64,000 nt of DNA from an uncultured Verrucomicrobia subdivision 3 bacterium (GTDB lineage: Bacteria; Verrucomicrobiota; Verrucomicrobiia; Limisphaerales; UBA11358): contig CAJAQO010000083.1 of assembly GCA_903944085.1 (NCBI GenBank), positions 6,590-70,589 of the forward strand, given 5' to 3'. Shown here piece after piece: positions 19,306 to 27,207 of the stretch. Position numbers and translations under genes: made by a program. Below the pieces are notes generated by a model that was given only the letters and a program-made list of their open reading frames with translations, was not told the DNA's origin and searched no databases. The stretch's first letter is position 1. Each line of letters begins with the position of its first letter.

Positions 19306-20487
19306 ATGATGAAGCCGAAAGACAACCTCGCCCTCGCGAAAGCAAATCGCCCCATTCATATTCTGTTGGCAGGCCTCGCCGGCGTCTCACTGTTGGTTTA
19401 TGTGCTCGCCTGCTCCACCGCATTCAGTCCGGACGACCGGCAGGTGCTATATCCGTCGTTCGACCCGCAGAGCGGCGCGTTGAGCATCGCGCTGTATCAT
19501 CGCGACACCGGCCGCAGCGAACAAATCTTCTCCAGCATCGGCACGCACACCGACACCAATCTGCACTCGGCCAGCCTGCGTGCCGCCTGGCTGCCAGACG
19601 GCAAACATATCCTCGTGGCCGAGGCGGAGGCGCACGACGGGTTGTCGCTATTTGTGGTGCCGCGCGGCGGCAAGGAACCCATCCGCCACCTCGCCAGCCA
19701 GAAATGGGATGACGCCGAAACCGCTCTGGAATTTCCGTTCGCCGTGTCTGGCACCAAGGTTTTTTTGAACGATCAACACAATCTCACCCGCGTGGACTGG
19801 GTCACCGGCGAGGTGCTGGTCAACACCAACCCCATCGCCGCGCTGCCCGGTGGCGACGGCAAAACCATCCTCGGCTGGCGCGAATTGCCCAACAACGGCG
19901 GCGGCGAGTTTGGCATGATAGACCCGGAGACCCTGGCGTTCCAGCCGCAATTGACGCTGACGAATCAAACCGGCGAAGGCACGTTTCCCGCCTTCGATCC
20001 GCGCTCGCACGAGGTCATGCTGGTCACTGGCACTGGAACAAATTTGGAACTGCAAATCCTGCGTGACGGTGTGAAAAAATTTTCGCGTCCCATCGCGCGG
20101 CTTGGCTGCGAGGTGAAAGTCGCCGGCCCGTGGCTGGATTTGGGACCGAAGAAAGACCGCGTGTTCACGGCCTACACCAGCAAGGCCGACGGACAAACCA
20201 ATTCCGAATGCGGTCTGCTGGAAATTCCGCTGGATGCAAAGCCGCTGCGTTTCACGCCGTTGTTTCAGATGCAGTCGGATGACTTTAATTCGCTCATGGC
20301 CCAGCCGTCGCTCTCGCACGATGGCCGGACTTGGGCCATCTCTTCGGCGTGGCTCGGTGCCTCAAAAAAATCAGCGCTTCGGCCAGAAGATTGCGCACTG
20401 TTTCTGGTGCAGGTGGACCGCAGCCGTCCCAAACTTACCAAAGTGCCAATCGCGCTGCCGGCAGTGCAAGACGACGGCTTGAAATAA
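19306..20487 (+). CDS. Membrane-anchored PD40/TolB-like beta-propeller protein (function unknown)
   Basis: N-terminal TM helix. Repeated FSPDDR / WLPDGK / LSHDGR motifs are typical of PD40 blades. First gene of a tight three-gene operon. Confidence 0.5.
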   Translation: MMKPKDNLALAKANRPIHILLAGLAGVSLLVYVLACSTAFSPDDRQVLYPSFDPQSGALSIALYHRDTGRSEQIFSSIGTHTDTNLHSASLRAAWLPDGKHILVAEAEAHDGLSLFVVPRGGKEPIRHLASQKWDDAETALEFPFAVSGTKVFLNDQHNLTRVDWVTGEVLVNTNPIAALPGGDGKTILGWRELPNNGGGEFGMIDPETLAFQPQLTLTNQTGEGTFPAFDPRSHEVMLVTGTGTNLELQILRDGVKKFSRPIARLGCEVKVAGPWLDLGPKKDRVFTAYTSKADGQTNSECGLLEIPLDAKPLRFTPLFQMQSDDFNSLMAQPSLSHDGRTWAISSAWLGASKKSALRPEDCALFLVQVDRSRPKLTKVPIALPAVQDDGLK

Positions 20488-20491
20488 AAAC

Positions 20492-21085
20492 ATGCTGGAT
20501 TTTCTCCACCAGCTATTCAGCCACCTCTGCGGCCAGAATCTGGCGCATACCTGGTCGCTCGGCGGCGAAGCGCTGCCGTGCTGTCAGCGCTGCACCGGCG
20601 TCTATGTCGGCGCATTCGTCGCGGCGCTGCTGCATCTCGTCCGGCGACCGCAACCAACGAGTTTCTGGCGCTGGCTCAACGGCGCGTTTCTGCTGTTCAT
20701 GGTTCCCGCCGGATTTCATTGGTTCCCGCAAGGCCCGGAACTGCGCGCTGCTTCGGGAATTCTTTTTGGCTTCGGCATCGTTGCTTTCCTGTGGCTGCCA
20801 TTGCCGGAGAAATTTACGATTTACGATTTACGATTTACGAGTGCGCGTGACGACCGGCGCGTAAATCGTAAATCGCAAATCATAAATGCCCTGGGCCTTC
20901 TTGCCGCGATCATCGGCACGCCGCTGCTCGGCGCGAGTGAAAATTCCCTCGCCGCCATCGCGCTCACGCTGCTGACCGCCGGCGGCGCGCTCGCGCTCGC
21001 GCTGCTGCTGGTGGCCAATCTTTTTCTCGCGGCCCGCGGATTGTGGCGGTGGTTTTTCCAACCGGCACCGCGCGTGGCTGCATGA
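20492..21085 (+). CDS. DUF2085 family membrane protein
   Basis: N-terminal Cys pattern CGQN...CCQRCTGVY followed by TM helices. Interrupted in frame by repeat element 20813-20887. Confidence 0.6.
   Translation: MLDFLHQLFSHLCGQNLAHTWSLGGEALPCCQRCTGVYVGAFVAALLHLVRRPQPTSFWRWLNGAFLLFMVPAGFHWFPQGPELRAASGILFGFGIVAFLWLPLPEKFTIYDLRFTSARDDRRVNRKSQIINALGLLAAIIGTPLLGASENSLAAIALTLLTAGGALALALLLVANLFLAARGLWRWFFQPAPRVAA
20813..20887. repeat. Heptamer-arm hairpin element (75 nt, in frame in the DUF2085 gene)
   Basis: (TTTACGA)x4, a 21-nt GC-rich spacer, then TAAATCG TAAATCG CAAATCA TAAAT. The arms are inverted complements. Encodes FTIYDLRFTSARDDRRVNRKSQIIN. Confidence 0.9.
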
Positions 21086-22584
21086 AAGAGCTGTTTCTCT
21101 TTGTCCGTCCGCCGCGCCCGCTGTGGCCATTCAACGGTCCCGCCTCATCCTTCTGGCCGCCGCTTGCGTTCGCTTCGATGGCCGCGATGCTGCGCCAACA
21201 CAATCCCGACTGGCGCGTGGAAATTCTCGACGCGCCCGCGCTCGAAATGGGCTGGCGCTCGCTCGAAGCCGAAATCTGCTCGCGCCGTCCCGCCATTGTC
21301 GCGATGGGCGAGGAAGCCGTGAGTTGCGCCGAATGTCTCCGCCTCGCGCGCCTCGCGAAAAGTCTCGGTGCCAGAGTCATCGCCGGCGGCTGTTTCTTCG
21401 GCCACGTCGGCCCGCAAGTTTTGCAGACCGGCCTGGTGGATATCGTCGCGCACGGCGAAGGCGAAAACACCATCGTCGAACTCGCCGACGCGCTTCGCGA
21501 AAATTCGCCGGACGCGTTTGCGCAGGTCGCTGGAATTTCCTTTCGCCGCGACGGCGAAATCATCCGCACGCGCCATCGTCCACTCATCAAAAATCTCGAT
21601 GAGTTGCCGATGCCTGCGTGGGATTTGCTGCCGATGCACCGCTATGGCGCGGGCAGCCAGAATCATCCCGGCCTCGCCGCCATCGAATCGTCGCGCGGCT
21701 GTTTCGACGCCTGCGATTTCTGCGTGCTGTGGCGGCAGATGGGAAATTTCGTCGCCGAACAGACACGGCCGTTCGTCCGTTTCAAATCCACCGCGCGCCT
21801 GTTGGAGGAAATCAAAATCCAGACGCGCGATTTTGGCCGCCACCATTTCGGCTGGGTGGATCCTTGTTATAATGCGCATCCGCAACTGCCCGCCGAGCTG
21901 GCCGACACGCTGCTCCGCGAAAATTTTTCCGTCAGCATGAGCGCGTGGGTGCGGGCCGACTGCGTCGTGCGCGACGCCCAATCCGGCGCGCTCGCCCGCC
22001 AGGTGCGCGGCGGTTTAAAGGAAGTTTACATTGGCGTGGAACGGGCCGACGGCGACGGTTTGAAAGCGGTTCACAAGACCACCACCATTCCCGAAGTGCG
22101 CGAGGCGTTCCGCATTTTGGTGCATGATTTTCCGGACGTGTTCACGCTCGGCACTTTTATTTACGGCCTGCCGGACGACACGCCGGAAACCGTGCGCGCC
22201 ATTTTCCGGCTGTCGCACGAACTGGAGATGAGCCAGCCGTTTTTCATCCCGCTCACGCCGCTGCCCGGCACGCCGTTCTGGCGCGACGAACTGTGGGACG
22301 ACACCGGCGAAAGTTTTCGCGACTATAATTTTCTGCCGTCCACCACGCGGCCCGGCGCGCGGCGCGACCTCGAATGGGCGCTGCTCACGGCCTTCCTGAC
22401 GCAATGGCCGCCCGCGCGTTTCCGTTCCTACTGGCGCAGCGTGTTCGACGCCAACGCGCGCCGCCGGCGCATGACTCTGCGGCTCGCGGCGCGCAGCGCG
22501 TGGTTTGTGGGGCACGGCATGGTGAGCAGCCTGCTCGCCGGCAAACGCGCTGGCATGATTTTCCCGCGCTGGTATGAAAGTTGA
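21082..22584 (+). CDS. B12-binding domain radical SAM protein (class B)
   Basis: Trimmed to the ATG at 21082 (ATGA overlap with the DUF2085 stop). N-terminal cobalamin-binding-like domain, then SSRGCFDACDFCVLW (CxxxCxxC). Confidence 0.82.
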   Translation: MKELFLFVRPPRPLWPFNGPASSFWPPLAFASMAAMLRQHNPDWRVEILDAPALEMGWRSLEAEICSRRPAIVAMGEEAVSCAECLRLARLAKSLGARVIAGGCFFGHVGPQVLQTGLVDIVAHGEGENTIVELADALRENSPDAFAQVAGISFRRDGEIIRTRHRPLIKNLDELPMPAWDLLPMHRYGAGSQNHPGLAAIESSRGCFDACDFCVLWRQMGNFVAEQTRPFVRFKSTARLLEEIKIQTRDFGRHHFGWVDPCYNAHPQLPAELADTLLRENFSVSMSAWVRADCVVRDAQSGALARQVRGGLKEVYIGVERADGDGLKAVHKTTTIPEVREAFRILVHDFPDVFTLGTFIYGLPDDTPETVRAIFRLSHELEMSQPFFIPLTPLPGTPFWRDELWDDTGESFRDYNFLPSTTRPGARRDLEWALLTAFLTQWPPARFRSYWRSVFDANARRRRMTLRLAARSAWFVGHGMVSSLLAGKRAGMIFPRWYES

Positions 22585-22599
22585 GGGATCGAAAAATTA

Positions 22600-24765
22600 T
22601 TAAACAATTTCCACCGGACATTTCGGCAGCGCGTCGAGAAACGCCTGGCCGTATTGCTTCGTCAAAATCCGGTTGTCCAAAACCACCACGATGCCCGTGT
22701 CCGTTTTCGTGCGGATCAACCGGCCCACGCCCTGACGAAATTTCAAGATCGCTTCCGGCAAAGAAAATTCGCCAAAGGAATTTCCGCCGCGCGCTTCAAT
22801 CGCCTCGATGCGTGCCTCGATCAGCGGATGATCCGGCACGGCGAACGGCAGGCGGGTGATAATAACATTCGAGAGCGCCTCGCCCGGCACGTCCACGCCT
22901 TGCCAGAAACTGTCCGTGCCGAACAACACCGAGTCCACGTCGTCCTTGAATTTTTCCAGCATCGTCGAACGCGGTGTGCCGGTGCCCTGCACAAACAGCT
23001 CCAGCTTGAGCTTGTCAAAAAACGGCCGCATCCGGTCCGCGACTTCCTGCATCAGCTTGTAGCTAGTGAACAGCACGAACGCCTTGCCGTGCGTCTGTTT
23101 CACGAAATGCTCGATCCAATGTTCCAGCGCCTCCGCATAGCCGTGCTCGCGCGGGTCGGGCATTTTTTTTACGGTGAATAATTTCATCTGCCGCTCGTAG
23201 TCAAACGGCGTGCCGACCTGCAACTGGGTCGCCGCTTCACAGCCGACTCTTTTTGCAAAATAGTTCAGCGGCGAGTTGAAAGTTGAAGGTTGAAGGTTGA
23301 AGGTTTTTTTGCGTGGCGCAGTGGGAGAACTTTCAACCTTCAACTTGGAACCTTCAACTGCTCTGGCCGAAATGGCCAGCGTCGCGCTCGTCATGATGAC
23401 GCTCGTGTCGGTCTCGAACAGGCGGCGGCGCAAAAATTCCGCCACGTCCACCGGCGCGGCATTGAGCGACAGATTCCGCTGCGACTTGCCGCCGCGTTCG
23501 ACCCAGTAAACATGATCCTCCGCCTGCTGGCTCAAAAATTCTGCGACCTCAATTTTCAATTCGCCGAGCCGACGGTTGCATTCGATCAGCTCCTGCCCGA
23601 TGTCCTTGTCATCGCTCGTTTTGACGAGTTCGCTGACGGCTTCGCGCAAGCGCTGGATCGGCAGCGTGACATTGTCTTTAACCAGTTCTGCGCGACGGAT
23701 GCGCAGTTCCTTCCATTCGCGCCGGCGGGCGGAAGAGTTTTCGCCGCCGGAAAATTTCGGTTTTGCCGTCGCCTGAATTTCTTCGCACGCGCTCTCGACG
23801 TTTTCAAAAAACTTGTCCGACTCGCTCAAAATTTCCGCGACAAGCTGCACGGCTTTGCCTTGGCGCAGCGTGGCGAGCAGGCCTTTTTCCGTGCGCGGAT
23901 TCCACAGCCGGTTCAGCGAATAACGCACCTGCCCGCTCGACACGCTCAAGCCGATGTGCCGCGACGCCACGCTCTCCATCGTGTGCGCCTCGTCGAAAAT
24001 CACGAAGTCGTTTTTGAACAGAATGCCGCCTTCCATCTCCTCGTCCACGCCGCCGAGCAGCGTGAAAAACAGCGTGTGGTTCAAAATCACCACGTCCGCC
24101 GACAAAATCCGGTTCCGCACGCGCTGGAAAAAACAGACCTCGTGGTCGCGCGCAAAATCGGACTGGTGCCCGCACGTTTTCGGCGAGCAAAGTCCGCGCT
24201 CGGAACAGACCTGCGCCCAGACTTTCGGATCCGGCTCGATGGAAAAATCCGACAAACTGCCGTCCTTGGTTTCCTTCGACCACTCGTAAATGCGCTGCAA
24301 TTCCTCGGCTTCGGACGACGTGAACAAATTGCCCGATTGTTGCATCGCCTTTTGCAGGCGGCGCGTGCAGAGATAATTGGCGCGGCCCTTCAGCATCGCA
24401 TAGCTGAATTTTACCGGCTCCGGCAGCGCGGCCAAAACGCCCGCCAACATTGGCAAATCTTTTTCCGTGAGCTGCTCCTGCAAATTGATCGTGTGCGTGG
24501 AAACGATGGCTTTTTTCTTCTGCGCCACGGCAAAAAGAATTGCCGGAATCAAATACGCCAGCGATTTGCCGACGCCCGTGCCCGCCTCGACTGCGAGATG
24601 CTCGCGATTCTGCAACGCCCGCGCCACGGCCATGGCCATTTCCTGCTGTTGCGGGCGGAACTCGAAATTTTTTGCGCGCGACAAAATGCCCGTCGGCGAA
24701 AAAATTTGTTCGACCTGCGCAACCAAGTCGGTGCCGCTGGGCTGAATTTCAGACAGCGAAATCAT
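22600..24765 (-). CDS. dinG: ATP-dependent DNA helicase, DinG/Rad3 (XPD-like, Fe-S) family
   Basis: Trimmed to MISLSEIQ... (ATGA overlap with the upstream gene). Motifs AVEAGTGVGKSLAYL, DEAH-type FDEAHTME, a Cys cluster between motifs I and II, and C-terminal VVVLDNR. Confidence 0.85.
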   Translation of the reverse strand: MISLSEIQPSGTDLVAQVEQIFSPTGILSRAKNFEFRPQQQEMAMAVARALQNREHLAVEAGTGVGKSLAYLIPAILFAVAQKKKAIVSTHTINLQEQLTEKDLPMLAGVLAALPEPVKFSYAMLKGRANYLCTRRLQKAMQQSGNLFTSSEAEELQRIYEWSKETKDGSLSDFSIEPDPKVWAQVCSERGLCSPKTCGHQSDFARDHEVCFFQRVRNRILSADVVILNHTLFFTLLGGVDEEMEGGILFKNDFVIFDEAHTMESVASRHIGLSVSSGQVRYSLNRLWNPRTEKGLLATLRQGKAVQLVAEILSESDKFFENVESACEEIQATAKPKFSGGENSSARRREWKELRIRRAELVKDNVTLPIQRLREAVSELVKTSDDKDIGQELIECNRRLGELKIEVAEFLSQQAEDHVYWVERGGKSQRNLSLNAAPVDVAEFLRRRLFETDTSVIMTSATLAISARAVEGSKLKVESSPTAPRKKTFNLQPSTFNSPLNYFAKRVGCEAATQLQVGTPFDYERQMKLFTVKKMPDPREHGYAEALEHWIEHFVKQTHGKAFVLFTSYKLMQEVADRMRPFFDKLKLELFVQGTGTPRSTMLEKFKDDVDSVLFGTDSFWQGVDVPGEALSNVIITRLPFAVPDHPLIEARIEAIEARGGNSFGEFSLPEAILKFRQGVGRLIRTKTDTGIVVVLDNRILTKQYGQAFLDALPKCPVEIV
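23275..23358. repeat. Heptamer-arm hairpin element (84 nt, in frame in dinG)
   Basis: GTTGAAA (GTTGAAG)x3, a 25-nt spacer, then AACTTTC AACCTTC AACTTGG AACCTTC AAC. Encodes VEGSKLKVESSPTAPRKKTFNLQPSTFN on the minus strand. Confidence 0.9.
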
Positions 24766-25670
24766 TTCAATGGCGCGCTGCGCAAAACCACTTTCAGCGC
24801 CGCTGTTTTTCCCGGCGCGAGCGGAATTTTGTTTTGTTTCACATTGCCGGATTCCACGCAAACCATTTTCAAATGTTCATCCGTGCCCCAATCGGCCGGC
24901 ATTTTCTGCGTCGTCCACGGATTCCAGACGACGGTGGATTGCGAATGGAATTTCTCCACCGTGATTTTGCGTTGCAGCTTTGCGTCGTGAATTTCCACGG
25001 TGCCGGCGTTGTCAGGATAGACGCGATTGGTTTCCTGCGCGACGCGCAGCGCCGCCGGGTCGCCACTTCGCCGCGCGCCATTCGCGCCAAACGCAAAATC
25101 ATCGAACGGCGCGTTTTGTAGGCCGGTGAGCGAAACGGCGCTGATATCGCCAACTTTAAAATACGTGTGCAGGCAGTTTTCGATCTCCAGCGTTTCGTCG
25201 CAAGCATCGTTCGTGGCAATCAATTCCATCGTCAAACTGTCGGCGACAGTCACGACAAATTCCGTGCGCAAATTTTTCCAGGTTTCGCGGCCGGGAATTG
25301 GCGGCAGCGCGAAACGCACCGTCGCGTTGCCATCGGGCGAGGCCACCACTTTAATCAGCTCCCACGCGGCGAGCCGCGCGAAACCGTGGCCGACGTCGGT
25401 GCCGCGCGGGCCAAACCACGGGAAACAGATCGGCACGCCGCCGCGAATCGGCTTGCCCGGCGCGAAATCACTTTTCGCGCTCATGAAAATCAGCGGCGGC
25501 TCGCCGTTTTTCTGGAAGTGGGTGAGATGCGCGCCGTGCGGATAAATTTCAGCCGTGCTCCACGGCGTGCGGATTTTCACGAGCTGCAGGCCGCCGTGAC
25601 CGGTGGCGATTTCGACGCGGCCGGCGATTTCGTGCCGGCGCAAATTTTCCAAGGCGATTTTGGTTTCCAT
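24762..25670 (-). CDS. D-hexose-6-phosphate mutarotase (aldose 1-epimerase family, YeaD-like)
   Basis: 302 aa. Motif IRGGVPICFPWFG is typical of glucose-6-phosphate 1-epimerases. Confidence 0.8.
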   Translation of the reverse strand: METKIALENLRRHEIAGRVEIATGHGGLQLVKIRTPWSTAEIYPHGAHLTHFQKNGEPPLIFMSAKSDFAPGKPIRGGVPICFPWFGPRGTDVGHGFARLAAWELIKVVASPDGNATVRFALPPIPGRETWKNLRTEFVVTVADSLTMELIATNDACDETLEIENCLHTYFKVGDISAVSLTGLQNAPFDDFAFGANGARRSGDPAALRVAQETNRVYPDNAGTVEIHDAKLQRKITVEKFHSQSTVVWNPWTTQKMPADWGTDEHLKMVCVESGNVKQNKIPLAPGKTAALKVVLRSAPLK

Positions 25671-25685
25671 AATTTTATGAGCAGC

Positions 25686-27197
25686 TTAACGCCCCGCTTC
25701 GTGCAGTTGAAGTTTTTTGCGGAACAGAAATGTGCCCAGCGGCGTCACCAATCCGAGGCAGCCGATAAAAAGCCAGATGACTTCCGAATGCCTTGGGCCG
25801 GTCGGCGGACAGAATTGCGCGAGCAGCCAGCCGGAGCTGGCGCCGACAAAAAATTTGGCGGCGAACATCGGCAGCATCGAGAGCGACATGTAAGATGCCT
25901 CCTGGCCCTTGGGCGCGCAGGCGGCGGCGTATTCGTAAAGACGCGGCGACCACAGTGTTTCGCCGATAGAATACAGCACGATGAAAAGGAAAATGGAAAC
26001 ATAATGCGGGTTCACCGCGCCCATCACGCCCAGCCATCGGTGTGCCACCGCATCGCCGAGCCAGCCATCGGCCAGTGACTGAAACCATTGTGGCGGCACG
26101 GCGAGGAAAAACACGGACAGCGCGGAAACCAGGCTGCCGAAGGTCACCATGCGGTAGGCGGAGATTTTCTGCGTCAGCACGCCGCAGATCGGCACCAGCG
26201 CCAGAATCAAAACTTCGTTCAGCACGCCGGTCAGATGGCCGATCTTCAAGCCATCGCCCAGTTCGCGGAGGCCGTATTTGGGAAACAAAAATAAAATGTA
26301 GTAATAAATCATCCGCACACCGACGACGAGGGACATGAACAATAAAAACCGGTAAAATGCGGGCTGGCCCCAGAGGCTGGAAAAAATTTTCCACGTCTTC
26401 GCCGCCGATTCGCGGACGCTGTTCAGCAGCGTGGCGAGGGAATTGATGCCGCTCTTTTCTCGCGGAGTGATTTTGACGCCGGCCTCGGTCATTTCCACGC
26501 CGTCGCGCAGGCAGAACCAGACGAGGATCAGGCCGGGAATGGTGAACACCACGCTCAAAAAAATCAGCGTTTGATAAGGACATTGCTGGAGGCTTTGCCA
26601 GGTCGGACGCCAAATGTGGGCCACATGCTCCTTGTGCAACGGCGACTGTTCGGTGGCAGCGCTCCGCACGTGATCGAAAATCATGTCGCCGACGGCGTAG
26701 CCAAAATTCATCAACGCATAAAACAGCGCGAACGCCACCGACCGTTGCGCGGCGTTGGAATAGCGTTTGCACGCCGCCACCATCACCGGCGTCATCAGCG
26801 CGATCCCGACGGCCTGCAAAAAAAGACCGAAGGGCAGCACAATCCAGCGCTCCGCCGTCAGCGTCATCACCGTGCGCGCCACCAGGCAAATCCAAAAGCC
26901 GAGCAGAAATGTCCGTCGGATGCCGAGCGCGTCCACCAACGAGCCGACCAGCACCGTGATCAGCGTCAGCATGGCCGACCACACCGCGATCATCGCGCCG
27001 GCGGATTTGTCGCCGAAACCCAAATCTGCCGACAGCCACAACGTCAGCACGCTCGCCGCGCCGACTTTGTAGGCGAGATTTTCCATGATGTAGGCACCAT
27101 AGACGATCCACAGTTCGCGCGGCGCGCTGGCCATCATGGTGAACTTGTGGAAAAAGTTTTTGAACCGGCGGCCGGACGCGTTGGGTTGCGGGTTCAT
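25686..27197 (-). CDS. MFS transporter
   Basis: 503 aa, polytopic, hydrophobic periodicity throughout. Substrate not assignable from sequence alone. Confidence 0.7.
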   Translation of the reverse strand: MNPQPNASGRRFKNFFHKFTMMASAPRELWIVYGAYIMENLAYKVGAASVLTLWLSADLGFGDKSAGAMIAVWSAMLTLITVLVGSLVDALGIRRTFLLGFWICLVARTVMTLTAERWIVLPFGLFLQAVGIALMTPVMVAACKRYSNAAQRSVAFALFYALMNFGYAVGDMIFDHVRSAATEQSPLHKEHVAHIWRPTWQSLQQCPYQTLIFLSVVFTIPGLILVWFCLRDGVEMTEAGVKITPREKSGINSLATLLNSVRESAAKTWKIFSSLWGQPAFYRFLLFMSLVVGVRMIYYYILFLFPKYGLRELGDGLKIGHLTGVLNEVLILALVPICGVLTQKISAYRMVTFGSLVSALSVFFLAVPPQWFQSLADGWLGDAVAHRWLGVMGAVNPHYVSIFLFIVLYSIGETLWSPRLYEYAAACAPKGQEASYMSLSMLPMFAAKFFVGASSGWLLAQFCPPTGPRHSEVIWLFIGCLGLVTPLGTFLFRKKLQLHEAGR

Positions 27198-27207
27198 CGA
27201 AAAAAAT

